A stretch of 35,922 nucleotides of DNA. Source: a virus (lineage: Duplodnaviria > Caudoviricetes). Below are positions 1-10,100 of the stretch, in pieces. The position numbers and the translations under genes were made by a program. Position 1 is the first letter of the stretch; every line of letters starts with the position of its first letter. Location of the stretch: IMG/VR virus record IMGVR_UViG_3300005805_000235, positions 1 through 35,922 of that record; one strand, given 5' to 3'. The notes beneath the pieces are model-generated. The model saw only the letters and a list, made by a program, of their open reading frames with translations. It had not been told where the DNA came from and searched no databases.

Positions 1-153
1 ACTACTAGTACTACTAGAGCTACTACTACTACTACTACTACTAGTACTACTAGAGCTACTACTACTACTACTACTACTACTAGTACTACTAGAGCTACTA
101 CTACTACTACTACTACTAGTACTACTAGAGCTACTACTAGAACTACTACTACT
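1..153 (-). repeat. (AGT)n microsatellite encoding a poly-serine tract, with a 36-39 nt higher-order repeat
   Basis: 51 codons: 38 AGT, 5 TCT, 4 AGC (Ser) and 4 ACT (Thr). The Thr codons lie at + positions 7, 43, 82 and 118, giving periods of 36, 39 and 36 nt. Confidence 0.95.
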
Positions 154-3100
154 ATCGCAATAACAATCCATAAATCTAATAATTTTCCAAAAATTTATGC
201 CTTTAGAACCGTCTCCACCAGGATAATATTTATCAAAAATAGCCTCTACATATTCACCGGGTATTGCTGGTGTGCCACGACTTTTATTAAGAAACATATT
301 ATGAAGATCAACTACTCCAGCAATATCGTATAGTGTCGAAGATTTTGCTTTACATGGTGTAAAAAATGCTGGACACTCACTAATATTACTTAATCTTACC
401 TCAGTGGCATTTGCTGATCCACAAGGATTAAGAGGATAATCAAGTTTAAAATATTTATTTTTTGGTTGATTATTATCGTGATCTAATATAATGTATTTAT
501 TATCATTATAATATGCATATACGATAGTATCAATATATAATTCTTCATTTAAAAAATCATAAACAGTAATTTTTGCAGATTTTAAATTGGATCCTATATC
601 TTCTCCTTTTGGACCAATAATTTTATAATCATCATAAAAAGTTGCATCACCAGACTCTGGGTTTATTAAAACAGCATTAGCAGAACCCATAGCGCTTAAA
701 TCTTCTAATAATTTAGCTACAACAATTCGTTCTTGTGGAGGAGATACCCATACTCCTCTATCTCTATCAAATCTCAGGTCAATAGGTCCAACAGGCCAAG
801 AAGCTGGGTTATCTAACCAATTGGACATAAATGCATTTTTAGTTTTATTATTAAAAATTCCATCTTCAGCAGAAGATACGTTATCTGTTATATTTGGTAT
901 CGGCTTATTTTGTGTGTCATAACCCCAAGATTGTAAAACCAAAGGACCTCTTAATGCAAAAAAACCAAAATCTGTCTTAGTTTGTCTCACATCTGAGAAT
1001 GTAATATCTTTAATACTATCTCCAAAAGATAAATAGAAAATATTCTTGGCTTCTGTGGTATTTGATTTTCTATCATCCCAATCATTTAGAATTGCTGTAC
1101 TTAATATTGGATTTAAATATTTCTGATTAATAGATAAACAATTAGATTGTGATGAATTGCTAGATAATATAAGCGGAGGCATGGAGGGTCTAGATTTACT
1201 TAAACAAGTAATCTTATTCCAAGATTGACAATATCTTGGAAGTTTATTGGTTCCGTTGTGTTTTCTTCCTTCTGTAGATACTGGGGATATAATAGCATCT
1301 AAAGACATTACTGCTGTAGCTTTATATTTTTCTTGATGATAAGATGCTTCTATAAAATATTTATGACTTAAACATGTTTCATATGTTTTTTTAGTATAGC
1401 TAGAAAATCCATTAGTAGCCTCGTTTAGTGATGATGGTGAATAATTACATATTTCTTGTCTGCTAGGATCATATTCTTCTGGACTTTGTGGAGAATCATA
1501 TATACTACCCTCGCCGAGATCAGCGTCTAGATATCCTCCTACCAACACAAAACCAGGACTAGGTGCATTAATTGGTGCTTGGGCATTATTATTAGGATTT
1601 ACAACAAACTTTAATTTACCTTTAGCTATATTAGAATTAAGATTAGCTGCTAATGTTAATGTTTTTCTTCTTTCACTTTTAATTTGTTCAACAACTTTTG
1701 ATCTAATTTGAGTTATTTGTTTAACCCTATCAGCTAATGCTTGACCATATTGACCAAATTTAGACACAGCTGTTTTAAATGAATAGTCTGTAGTAACACC
1801 ATTAGCTCCATATGTAACATTAATACTATCTAAAAGAATTCCAGCATTTAAAAAATACTGTATACTATATCCTGGTGGTTCAGCTAAAGTAAATGATCCT
1901 GTTTCTTCTATATTGCTTCCTCTTAATCCTATTTGTGCTAATGATTGTCCTACCATATCCATATTGCCCCAGCCTCCAAAATTCCAAGGATTTAAATCTG
2001 ATATAATATCAACCTTGGTAGAGCCAATAGGGCCTTTAGTTGCTGTCCAAGGTCCATAAACATAAATATTACTTCGCAAAGGAATAACAATACCTTGAAA
2101 TACTCCTGCTACAGGATTAATACGTAATAAATTAATAGTACTATTATCACTAAAACCCTTTCCATCCTTAGTCATTTCATCAAAAATTGCAGGCTTAAAT
2201 AAACCAGCTAATGCTGTCATACCATTATTTAATAAATTACCATTATTAATATTAACAATCATTGGTATAGTACTATCAAGATGTATTAATAATTCACCAT
2301 TATTCGTTCTAGGATTGATATGAAATTCGCCATCTCCAACGCTCATTTTTAAATAAAGTGTTTTATTCTTAACTAAGCATGAACTAGGATTGATACTAGC
2401 TGTATTAAATTTAAAATTCTGAGGTTGTGTATTAATAGTTCTTTGAGTTACTTGGTCAATATTAGAATCAACAAATCCAGATATCCTGTTATCAGATGTT
2501 TCAAATAAGAATGTTTCAACCCAGGTTTTTAATCCTCTAATTTGTTGTGATTGTGTAATACTAGGAAATCCAGAATCAGCAGGAGAGTCTGACAAAGCAA
2601 ATTCTCCAGTGTCTCCTCGTATAATTTTAACATTAGATCTTGGATAAGCGCAAACACCATTAAGGGGCACTAGCCATTTTTTACCATAATACTCATCTAT
2701 AAATGATTTAAACCAATCAAAAGCTGTTTGATATTTTATATTAGCTTCTGAAAAAGCTGCTTGACCAACAAGATTAGCTAATTCTGTTAATTTTTCTTTC
2801 CAATCTTGTGTATTATTTGCTCCGGTTAAAGCTGTCCATATTATTATCGCCTGGTTAAGCATCTGTTGATTAGCTATATTAAGAAAGTCTAATAATTTTC
2901 TAGATAAACTATTAGCATTAGCTGGCTGCAAACCCCATGCCATCCACATATTATAACTACCTGCAATTATAATTTCTTCTTCACTAATTTCAAACATTTC
3001 ATGAGGAAATCCTAATACTTGTTGTAATTGTTGTGTATTAATTCTAACTCTAAAATTTGGTCCACTAGCCCTAATAACTTGACCATTAGTATCGTATCCT

Positions 3101-4041
3101 AACATCATATCTGGAGGATTAAGATACTCTCTTTCTGCTAAATATGATACTTTATCACCAATAACAACTTTATTACTATCAGCATATAATTCTTGAAAAC
3201 CGTTTTCACTTCTAATTAATGTGCCAGATGACTCAGCATCTGCTATAATTGATCCTATAATTCCTAGTGTTGGTTGGGTAGATCTATCAATCAGATATAC
3301 AGTAGCTACTGTATTATTTAATGCAATAAAAAAATCACAAGCACCATAGTCGCATGCTGTTTGAATAATACTCATCAATGACATATCTGACGCATTAACA
3401 GTAGCATATGTAAGATTAGATAGTTTAGCTAATAGCTGAGATAAATCTAGAGTAATAGCTTCTCCAACAGTAGTATATATGGTTTGTCCATTTAAAACCG
3501 AACATAGTTTAAATAATGAAATTCCATTATTGGAACTAAATCCATCGGATCCAGATGTTCCAAAAACAGCACAATTACCATTTCTTGGCCAATTTTGTGT
3601 ATCTCCGCCAGGAGGACATATTGCTGCTGCTCCTTCTAAAAGATAGGCGGCATTAATAAAATTTGGAGCAGCGAGTGGGCAATAATAATCTTTAATTAGA
3701 ACTGTAACATTTTCAATAATTTTATTAGCATCTAGTAATTTTACTTTATATAAGAATCCATTTTCACTAACGGTGTAGGTCACATTATTAACTATTCCGG
3801 AAAAAACAAAATCATTACAAGCAAAATTAATAATTCTACCCACAGAAGGTAGTGTTGTTGGGATATTACTGAAATTATTGCAACCCCCCTCTAATAGAGT
3901 AATATCTAAGCTTGAACTATTAGAAGCAATACCTAAATTAGAATTAAAATCATAAAGAGTTAAAGACCCTGAAAATGGGCTTCCACCATATGCATAAGTT
4001 ATAGAGAAAGATGCTGCGGCAGATGAGCATGCTGTAGTCAT
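1..4041 (-). CDS. Large tail tip / baseplate-hub-like virion protein, partial (>=1347 aa, runs off the window end)
   Basis: Not in the supplied ORF track because it has no stop in the window. ATG at 4041 (MTTACSSAAASFSITY...). I read the frame through to base 1 and spot-checked it (YGPWTA near 2050, WPVGPIDLRFDRDRGVW near 790). Ends in DCYCD followed by a poly-Ser tract. Function inferred from position after the tape measure and distal tail genes. Confidence 0.7.
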   Translation of the reverse strand, partial: MTTACSSAAASFSITYAYGGSPFSGSLTLYDFNSNLGIASNSSSLDITLLEGGCNNFSNIPTTLPSVGRIINFACNDFVFSGIVNNVTYTVSENGFLYKVKLLDANKIIENVTVLIKDYYCPLAAPNFINAAYLLEGAAAICPPGGDTQNWPRNGNCAVFGTSGSDGFSSNNGISLFKLCSVLNGQTIYTTVGEAITLDLSQLLAKLSNLTYATVNASDMSLMSIIQTACDYGACDFFIALNNTVATVYLIDRSTQPTLGIIGSIIADAESSGTLIRSENGFQELYADSNKVVIGDKVSYLAEREYLNPPDMMLGYDTNGQVIRASGPNFRVRINTQQLQQVLGFPHEMFEISEEEIIIAGSYNMWMAWGLQPANANSLSRKLLDFLNIANQQMLNQAIIIWTALTGANNTQDWKEKLTELANLVGQAAFSEANIKYQTAFDWFKSFIDEYYGKKWLVPLNGVCAYPRSNVKIIRGDTGEFALSDSPADSGFPSITQSQQIRGLKTWVETFLFETSDNRISGFVDSNIDQVTQRTINTQPQNFKFNTASINPSSCLVKNKTLYLKMSVGDGEFHINPRTNNGELLIHLDSTIPMIVNINNGNLLNNGMTALAGLFKPAIFDEMTKDGKGFSDNSTINLLRINPVAGVFQGIVIPLRSNIYVYGPWTATKGPIGSTKVDIISDLNPWNFGGWGNMDMVGQSLAQIGLRGSNIEETGSFTLAEPPGYSIQYFLNAGILLDSINVTYGANGVTTDYSFKTAVSKFGQYGQALADRVKQITQIRSKVVEQIKSERRKTLTLAANLNSNIAKGKLKFVVNPNNNAQAPINAPSPGFVLVGGYLDADLGEGSIYDSPQSPEEYDPSRQEICNYSPSSLNEATNGFSSYTKKTYETCLSHKYFIEASYHQEKYKATAVMSLDAIISPVSTEGRKHNGTNKLPRYCQSWNKITCLSKSRPSMPPLILSSNSSQSNCLSINQKYLNPILSTAILNDWDDRKSNTTEAKNIFYLSFGDSIKDITFSDVRQTKTDFGFFALRGPLVLQSWGYDTQNKPIPNITDNVSSAEDGIFNNKTKNAFMSNWLDNPASWPVGPIDLRFDRDRGVWVSPPQERIVVAKLLEDLSAMGSANAVLINPESGDATFYDDYKIIGPKGEDIGSNLKSAKITVYDFLNEELYIDTIVYAYYNDNKYIILDHDNNQPKNKYFKLDYPLNPCGSANATEVRLSNISECPAFFTPCKAKSSTLYDIAGVVDLHNMFLNKSRGTPAIPGEYVEAIFDKYYPGGDGSKGINFWKIIRFMDCYCDSSSSSSSSSSSTSSSSSSSSSSSTSSSSSSSSSSSSTSSSSSSSSSSSTSS

Positions 4042-4127
4042 TATATTTCCTTAATAAATATTATCTTAATATTATCTGTGGTATTATTGATTTTTTGATA
4101 TAAAATCCTACTTTCCTCATATTCTAT

Positions 4128-4134
4128 ATACACC
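4128..4134 (-). promoter_or_regulatory. Putative late promoter motif GGTGTAT
   Basis: Intergenic, GGTGTATATAGAAT, about 90 nt upstream of the ATG at 4041. Confidence 0.5.
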
Positions 4135-4200
4135 TTCAATTATTAATAATTTAAGTATCTTTATATCTTCTTCTATTAGTATTAGGCCAAATTACTATTT

Positions 4201-5661
4201 TTATACATCACACTTAACATATGTTGCTGTTATTGTATAAGAAAAAGTTGCATCTTTTACATTATAGCTAGTTCTAATAAATGCTCCAAAATTAGATTCT
4301 GCTTTATTAAATGCCTCTGTTACACATGATATAAGGTCTGCTTTTTTAGTTAGATCACAACTTTTTAATGAACCTCTAGAAGTAATTGTGGCCCTATACG
4401 GGGTCTCTCCAAAATATTGTACTACAGCTCCATTATTATTAGGCACTATAAATTCTTTATACCTAGCAACAGGCAGTTCTTCCTCTATGGTGGTTTCTAT
4501 TAAAGCATCATTATTAGCACAGCTATCTATTGGACCAAATTCTGCATTAACGCTAATTTCACCACTAACTTTAGAAATATTTATATTACTACTTAATCTT
4601 TGATAACAATAATTATTACTGGGAGGACATGAACTAGACAAACACAAACCTTCTGTACCAGATATGGTGTTAACATCTCCTGGCCAAGCTCCAGATTTAA
4701 TTAATCCTTCTAGAGTTGACCATGCTGAAATAGCATTACCTAGTCTTTCATTGCCAGATGACTTATTAGACAAAAGATCCGTGGTGGCTGAGGATATTCC
4801 AACTATTGATGCATTAATACTCCTATTAGGAATTGTTGTAATTTTATGATTATCTATTCTATCTTCAGTATTAATATTTATTCTGGCTATTGGTTGGCAT
4901 TCTCCTTTTGTCATATAAAGTTCAAAAGAGCATGAAACAGTACCATCCTCATCTATAGTAAAAGACTTGCTATCTAACCATTTTGTCCAACCATTATATT
5001 CAGATAAGATATGATCAGAATTTAAATTAAACTGTATTAATTCAGCAAATCTCTTTTTAATAATGCCTATGGCCTGATCAATGCCATTAAAACCTGAAAT
5101 TCCACATAATTCTGCTGTTCCACAAGCCACAGACAACTGTCCAGAAGCTTTGATAAAAGATGTAGATATTCCTAGTTGATTATCAACAGAACCTATTACT
5201 GTAGCATCTCCATCGATACCTATTTGTTCAGAGTATGATTTGAGGAATTTCGTATTTGATGGTAGATTATATCTTTCAATAAATTCTGAGTCTGGTAAAA
5301 CCGCTGGTTGTCCATCAACAGTATCTAATGAGACTACTATAGTATAGTTTGCTGTAAAAGGAGCATTATCTGATGTGCTTATAGAAATGTCTGTTACTCT
5401 ACCAGAACCAGATAAAAATGTTGGGGAACCAGCACAGCCAACAGTTAAATTTAAACAGCTATTGTTGGCAGATAGTTGATTGATACTATTAATTTGATTT
5501 AAAATATCTTCACTTACAATAGTGCCATTAAGACTTACATTAAGAGTACCTCCTATAATATAGGATCCTGATCTTTCGTATTCATATGCTGTGCTAACAT
5601 ATGGTGCGGGTCTGAGACTTGTTCCACCTAATATAACCGATGAGCTTTGTGTATTAGACAT
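4201..5661 (-). CDS. Distal tail / baseplate-region structural protein (486 aa), paralog of 5685..7097
   Basis: Beta-rich composition (Ser/Thr/Gly/Cys); second gene after the tape measure; shares the motifs YEY.R..G..IIGG and EF(I/V)(V/I)P with its neighbour. Confidence 0.6.
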   Translation of the reverse strand: MSNTQSSSVILGGTSLRPAPYVSTAYEYERSGSYIIGGTLNVSLNGTIVSEDILNQINSINQLSANNSCLNLTVGCAGSPTFLSGSGRVTDISISTSDNAPFTANYTIVVSLDTVDGQPAVLPDSEFIERYNLPSNTKFLKSYSEQIGIDGDATVIGSVDNQLGISTSFIKASGQLSVACGTAELCGISGFNGIDQAIGIIKKRFAELIQFNLNSDHILSEYNGWTKWLDSKSFTIDEDGTVSCSFELYMTKGECQPIARININTEDRIDNHKITTIPNRSINASIVGISSATTDLLSNKSSGNERLGNAISAWSTLEGLIKSGAWPGDVNTISGTEGLCLSSSCPPSNNYCYQRLSSNINISKVSGEISVNAEFGPIDSCANNDALIETTIEEELPVARYKEFIVPNNNGAVVQYFGETPYRATITSRGSLKSCDLTKKADLISCVTEAFNKAESNFGAFIRTSYNVKDATFSYTITATYVKCDV

Positions 5662-5684
5662 ATATTATATATTATATACAAAAT

Positions 5685-7097
5685 TTAACATTGTATATAT
5701 CCTTTATCTATTACTATGGATGTGGGGCTTCTTGTTATTTTATCATTAATTAAAATATAATTTGCTCCTCCTCCGTATTGTTGTAAAATTTGACTTATAT
5801 TTATATCTATAGGGCAAGAATCTGTTGCACACGCATTGGGAAAAGTTTTATTAATTTGAATATTAATACGAGTAGCATTTACAGTATTTAAATTTTGCAA
5901 TAGTGTACCTCTTAGTGGAATAACAAATTCTACTATTTGTGGTTGAGGAGCAATTACTTCTACACTAATGTCTGTTTGAATACCATTTGCATCAGTACAA
6001 TCCCCACTATTAGATGACCATTCAAATGTAAAATTAATAGAACCTTCTGTTCTTGATCTAGCAATTAGACTACTTTTAGGCTCTATACAAATTAACGCAT
6101 CATCATTAGGACTACTGATATCACAAATGGGTGCGTTATTACCTGTTGCTGGCGGAGGACAAGCTGGTATTTCTGTTAATTCTAAAGATATTCCTTCCCA
6201 CGAGGTTAGAGAAGAATACAGTGAACGAATAACGCCTAATGCACTTTCAGCATTGGCTAGCTTAGAAGCTACACAGGTGCCGTTGATGCTATTATTAGAA
6301 AAAACACTAGCGTCTGTTAATCCATTAATAGTACCACTAATTATTTTACTTTTAGATTTTTCTTGATATGATCTTTGATATTCAAACTGTAATTCTACAA
6401 AAGCAGAAGATGGATGTGGAGTAATTAAATATTGTTTACTAATAGTAGCACTATTTTCTGGTCCAACTTGTACAGATAATGACCGTGCATATTTATTCCA
6501 ACCATTGTATGTGGATAATTCTGGATGAACTGTGTTCGTAGCTAATTTGTTAATAACAGAAGAAAAACTATTAGCTCCGCATAAAGGTTCACATTTTACT
6601 GTTAATTCTGTTGATAAAACCCCATAAACCTTAGAAAAGCTCCCTCCCCCATAAACATATCCATGACTATCTTCTGGTAATTCTAATTTAGAAGATCTGC
6701 TAATTTCAGTAACACAATCTTGAGCAACTATACCAAAAGAATTATTTGGAATAGTTTGTAATGGCACCTTAATTTCTATACTAAAATCAGCTTTATTTAC
6801 CCATGTTGGATCTGATCCTTCGTCAACACTAACATTATTAATTTTAGCTTGACCAAAATAATATCCTGTAATATTCACAGATATACATTCTGTTTTCTTC
6901 CCAAGATCCACAATCTGTCTGGCTTTAGACATAACAATAGAGCCCGTTTGACCTGGGCCACCTACTACTATCGATCCTTTAACTTGAATAAGTTGATATC
7001 CACCAATAATTTCTCCACCAGTAGTTCTATAGTATTCATACTTACTAGTAACTACCGCTGAACTGTCATCTAATGATAGTGAGCCTATTGATATCAT
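5685..7097 (-). CDS. Distal tail (Dit-position) structural protein (470 aa)
   Basis: Immediately downstream of the tape measure gene; beta-rich; paralogous to 4201..5661. Confidence 0.6.
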   Translation of the reverse strand: MISIGSLSLDDSSAVVTSKYEYYRTTGGEIIGGYQLIQVKGSIVVGGPGQTGSIVMSKARQIVDLGKKTECISVNITGYYFGQAKINNVSVDEGSDPTWVNKADFSIEIKVPLQTIPNNSFGIVAQDCVTEISRSSKLELPEDSHGYVYGGGSFSKVYGVLSTELTVKCEPLCGANSFSSVINKLATNTVHPELSTYNGWNKYARSLSVQVGPENSATISKQYLITPHPSSAFVELQFEYQRSYQEKSKSKIISGTINGLTDASVFSNNSINGTCVASKLANAESALGVIRSLYSSLTSWEGISLELTEIPACPPPATGNNAPICDISSPNDDALICIEPKSSLIARSRTEGSINFTFEWSSNSGDCTDANGIQTDISVEVIAPQPQIVEFVIPLRGTLLQNLNTVNATRINIQINKTFPNACATDSCPIDINISQILQQYGGGANYILINDKITRSPTSIVIDKGYIQC

Positions 7098-7118
7098 ATT
7101 ATTATATCCTTATTACTA

Positions 7119-10100
7119 TTATTGTCCCCTGGTGCTTAATACCTCTATATTAAGATTGCCATTCGTGGCTCTTCGAATACCATCAGCCACTTTATTATAA
7201 ATTTCATCAGCAAATGGTTGTAGATTTTGTTCTAGCCCCTCGCCTCCATTTACTTCTACTGTTACTAATACTGGAATTGATCCACTGGCCACCAATTTAA
7301 TTTCCGAAGGAACTTTAGTCAAAACAGAAGATACAGAATTCAAGGCTGCTGTAAATGCTGAAATTGGACTAGCCAAGTTTCCAGCAGCACCATTTAACAA
7401 GGATGATGCTGTTGATAATGTAGCCGCTGCTGTGTTAATACCTCCTAATGCTGTTGATAGATTAGCAAGCTGTGATAATCCTTGTGTTAAACTAGATAAT
7501 GAACCTACTGATCTATTAAAATCAGCAACCGCTGCTGTAAATGCTGATGAATCTAAAACAAAGGATGACGATCCACCAGATTGACCACCGGATGCTGTTC
7601 CTCCATTTTGTAAATAATTAACTTGACCACCCTTACTATATCCTTGAACTTGATTATTATTAATAGCTTTTAATAATGGCAAGTTTCTTTGAGTGGCTGC
7701 TTTATTAATAACAAATTCACCAGGAGTTAACATGGCGGGTACGGTGTCTGTTCCATGAGGTTGGTAAGGAATTAAACTTCCTTGAGAAGCATAAATTATT
7801 CCTCCGTTAGCTCTTGATATTGGTCTTCTTAGCATAGTCCCTGCTCTTTTAACGACCTCAGGATCTTTCATTAATATTTCATATATATCTCTATCTGATC
7901 CAACAGGATTTCCAGATCGTATTAAATCTTGTAGCCTAGCTACTTTTCTATTTAATTCTTGTTCTTTTATTTGAGCTAATACATTTTGTTCTTTACTGGT
8001 TAAGGATATTGGTGAGGTTTCTTTTTGTGCAATCTCTACAGAAGAATTTTTGGCTTCTTGAATAATTTTTTCTGTTGCTGATGATGATCTTGCTGTTTGA
8101 GAAATGGTTTGCGTTGCTGGTTGTGGAGTAAATGGCTCTACCGGATTAGCAAACGAAGACCTAGTTCGTGTTGTCCCTCTTTGTGTACCACCAGATGTAA
8201 AATTTCTCAAAGCTTCTTCTGCTAATTGTCTTTCTTCTGTTGATAATGCAATACTAGAGGTTGTTGTTCCGGAACCTTTTGCTGCCGCATCAGCGGCCGA
8301 TGACCTAGCTCGTGTAGCAATAGTAGTTGATGCTTCAACAGCTGATGTGGCCGCTTCGTCACTAAAACTAATAGGTTCTAAACCCATAGCTCTCATTCTA
8401 GTCGCCGATTCTTGTCCTCTAGTAACAGACGCTGATACATTTGCTTGTCTCGTAGCCATTTCAGCATCTATAGCTTCAGCGCGTCGTAGTCCTTCTGCTG
8501 CTAGCGCTTTTTCTTCAGCTTCTGCTAAAGCTTGTTTAGTTAATGCTCCTTGTCCTCTTCTAGTTTCTCTAGCTATTCGGCGTGCTTCTAAAGCGTCTGT
8601 TAATCTTTGAGGAACTTTTAGCTGTGGTAATAGAGGCTTATTGGTAGCGGCTGCATTTATACCAGCTTCTGCAAAATCTGTTAATTTATTCCCAAATCCT
8701 TCTATTCCTCTATTAGCAGTATCAGCTGCTCGTGTCAGACCTTTAGCCACAGCAGCTTCATCTGCGGTAAGTGGTTTTGCTGATGTAGTTAGTTTTCTAC
8801 CTCTTATACTAGAGAGTCCTCTTGAGGCAGCACCAAGACCAACAGTAAAAGCAGCTTGGGCAAATGCTTGATTAGTTAATTCTTGATCTCCTGTCGCAAG
8901 ACCCGCAGCAACACCACCAACCCCGGCCGCTGTATCAGCTAAAAAGCCAGCCGTATAACTCAATCCAGCAGGACTAGCAAAATTTGTAGGATCTGCCACA
9001 CCACCCAATAATCCAACACCAAACTGAGCTGCTACGCCAACAGCCTTTGATCCGGTTAATTTTTCTGCTCCAACGCCCGCTCTTGCTGCTAATTCACCAG
9101 TAACCTTGTCATAAAAACTAGTTTGTTTTTCTTTTTTCAATTCTTCTTTAAACTTTTTCAGTTCTTTTTTCTCTAATTTTCTACGATTTTCCTCTCCTAT
9201 TCCTTCGTCTCTTAGTTCTCTTTCAGCTTCTAGTGTTCTGCCACCAGCAATTTCTTTAGGTTTAACTCCTCTAACAAGAGATAATCTAGCATATCTTTGA
9301 GCATCTTGAGGTCTGAGTTTTCCTGATTTTGCTGATTTATCTAATTCTTGATATTCTTTATTAGTATCTTCAATTTCTTTAGCTCTTAAGATTTGATCTT
9401 GACTAATAGCTATTTCTGTGCCTCTTTTAGTTGTTTCTAATTCTCTGATTCTAGCTAATAATTGAGGATCAGCTCGTTGTAAAAGTTCTTCACTACCAAT
9501 TTCTTTTATTCTTTTTTGTTTAATCTCATTTAATCTATCCAGTTCTGCTTGAATATCGGACGGATCTCTTTCGTTTAAAATCTGTCTAGTAATAGGGTCT
9601 ATTAAAATTAAACTAGCAATACCATTAGCTATTGACTCCTGCTGATCTGCTTCCATCTTGAGTTTATCTTGTTTTCTCTTTTCTCTATTAGCTCTATCCA
9701 TATCAAATCTGTCTTTGTATCCTAAAGATTGAGCTTTATTATCTTGTTCAGCTTCTCTAGCTGCTAATTCAGCAACTCTCGCATCAGACCTAGCTTTAGC
9801 TTCTGCTATCTTTTTATCTTTTTCTGCTTGTAGTCTAGATGGAATATTGTCTATTTCTGTTTGAAATTTTTTATCTCTTAGCCTTTGTTCTTCAGCATAT
9901 TTTTCTTCTAGAGCAATCTTATTAGCTTCAGCAGCAGCATCCTGCGCCTGTGCTTGTCTAAGTAGAATCATAGATGGAGAATCTTCCGGAAGAGAAGAAT
10001 CTTGGGTGGGATCAGTCGGTGTTTCCTCTATTGGTTGTTGTGGTAAGTTTCTCTGAGCAGCTCTATTTCTATCAGAATTGGCCATCTGAGAATTTCTTTG

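Noticed and set aside
4061-4120. 19-aa ORF MRKVGFYIKKSIIPQIILR after the GGTGTAT motif
   Set aside because: Too short, no RBS; could be chance or a gene remnant and cannot be supported.
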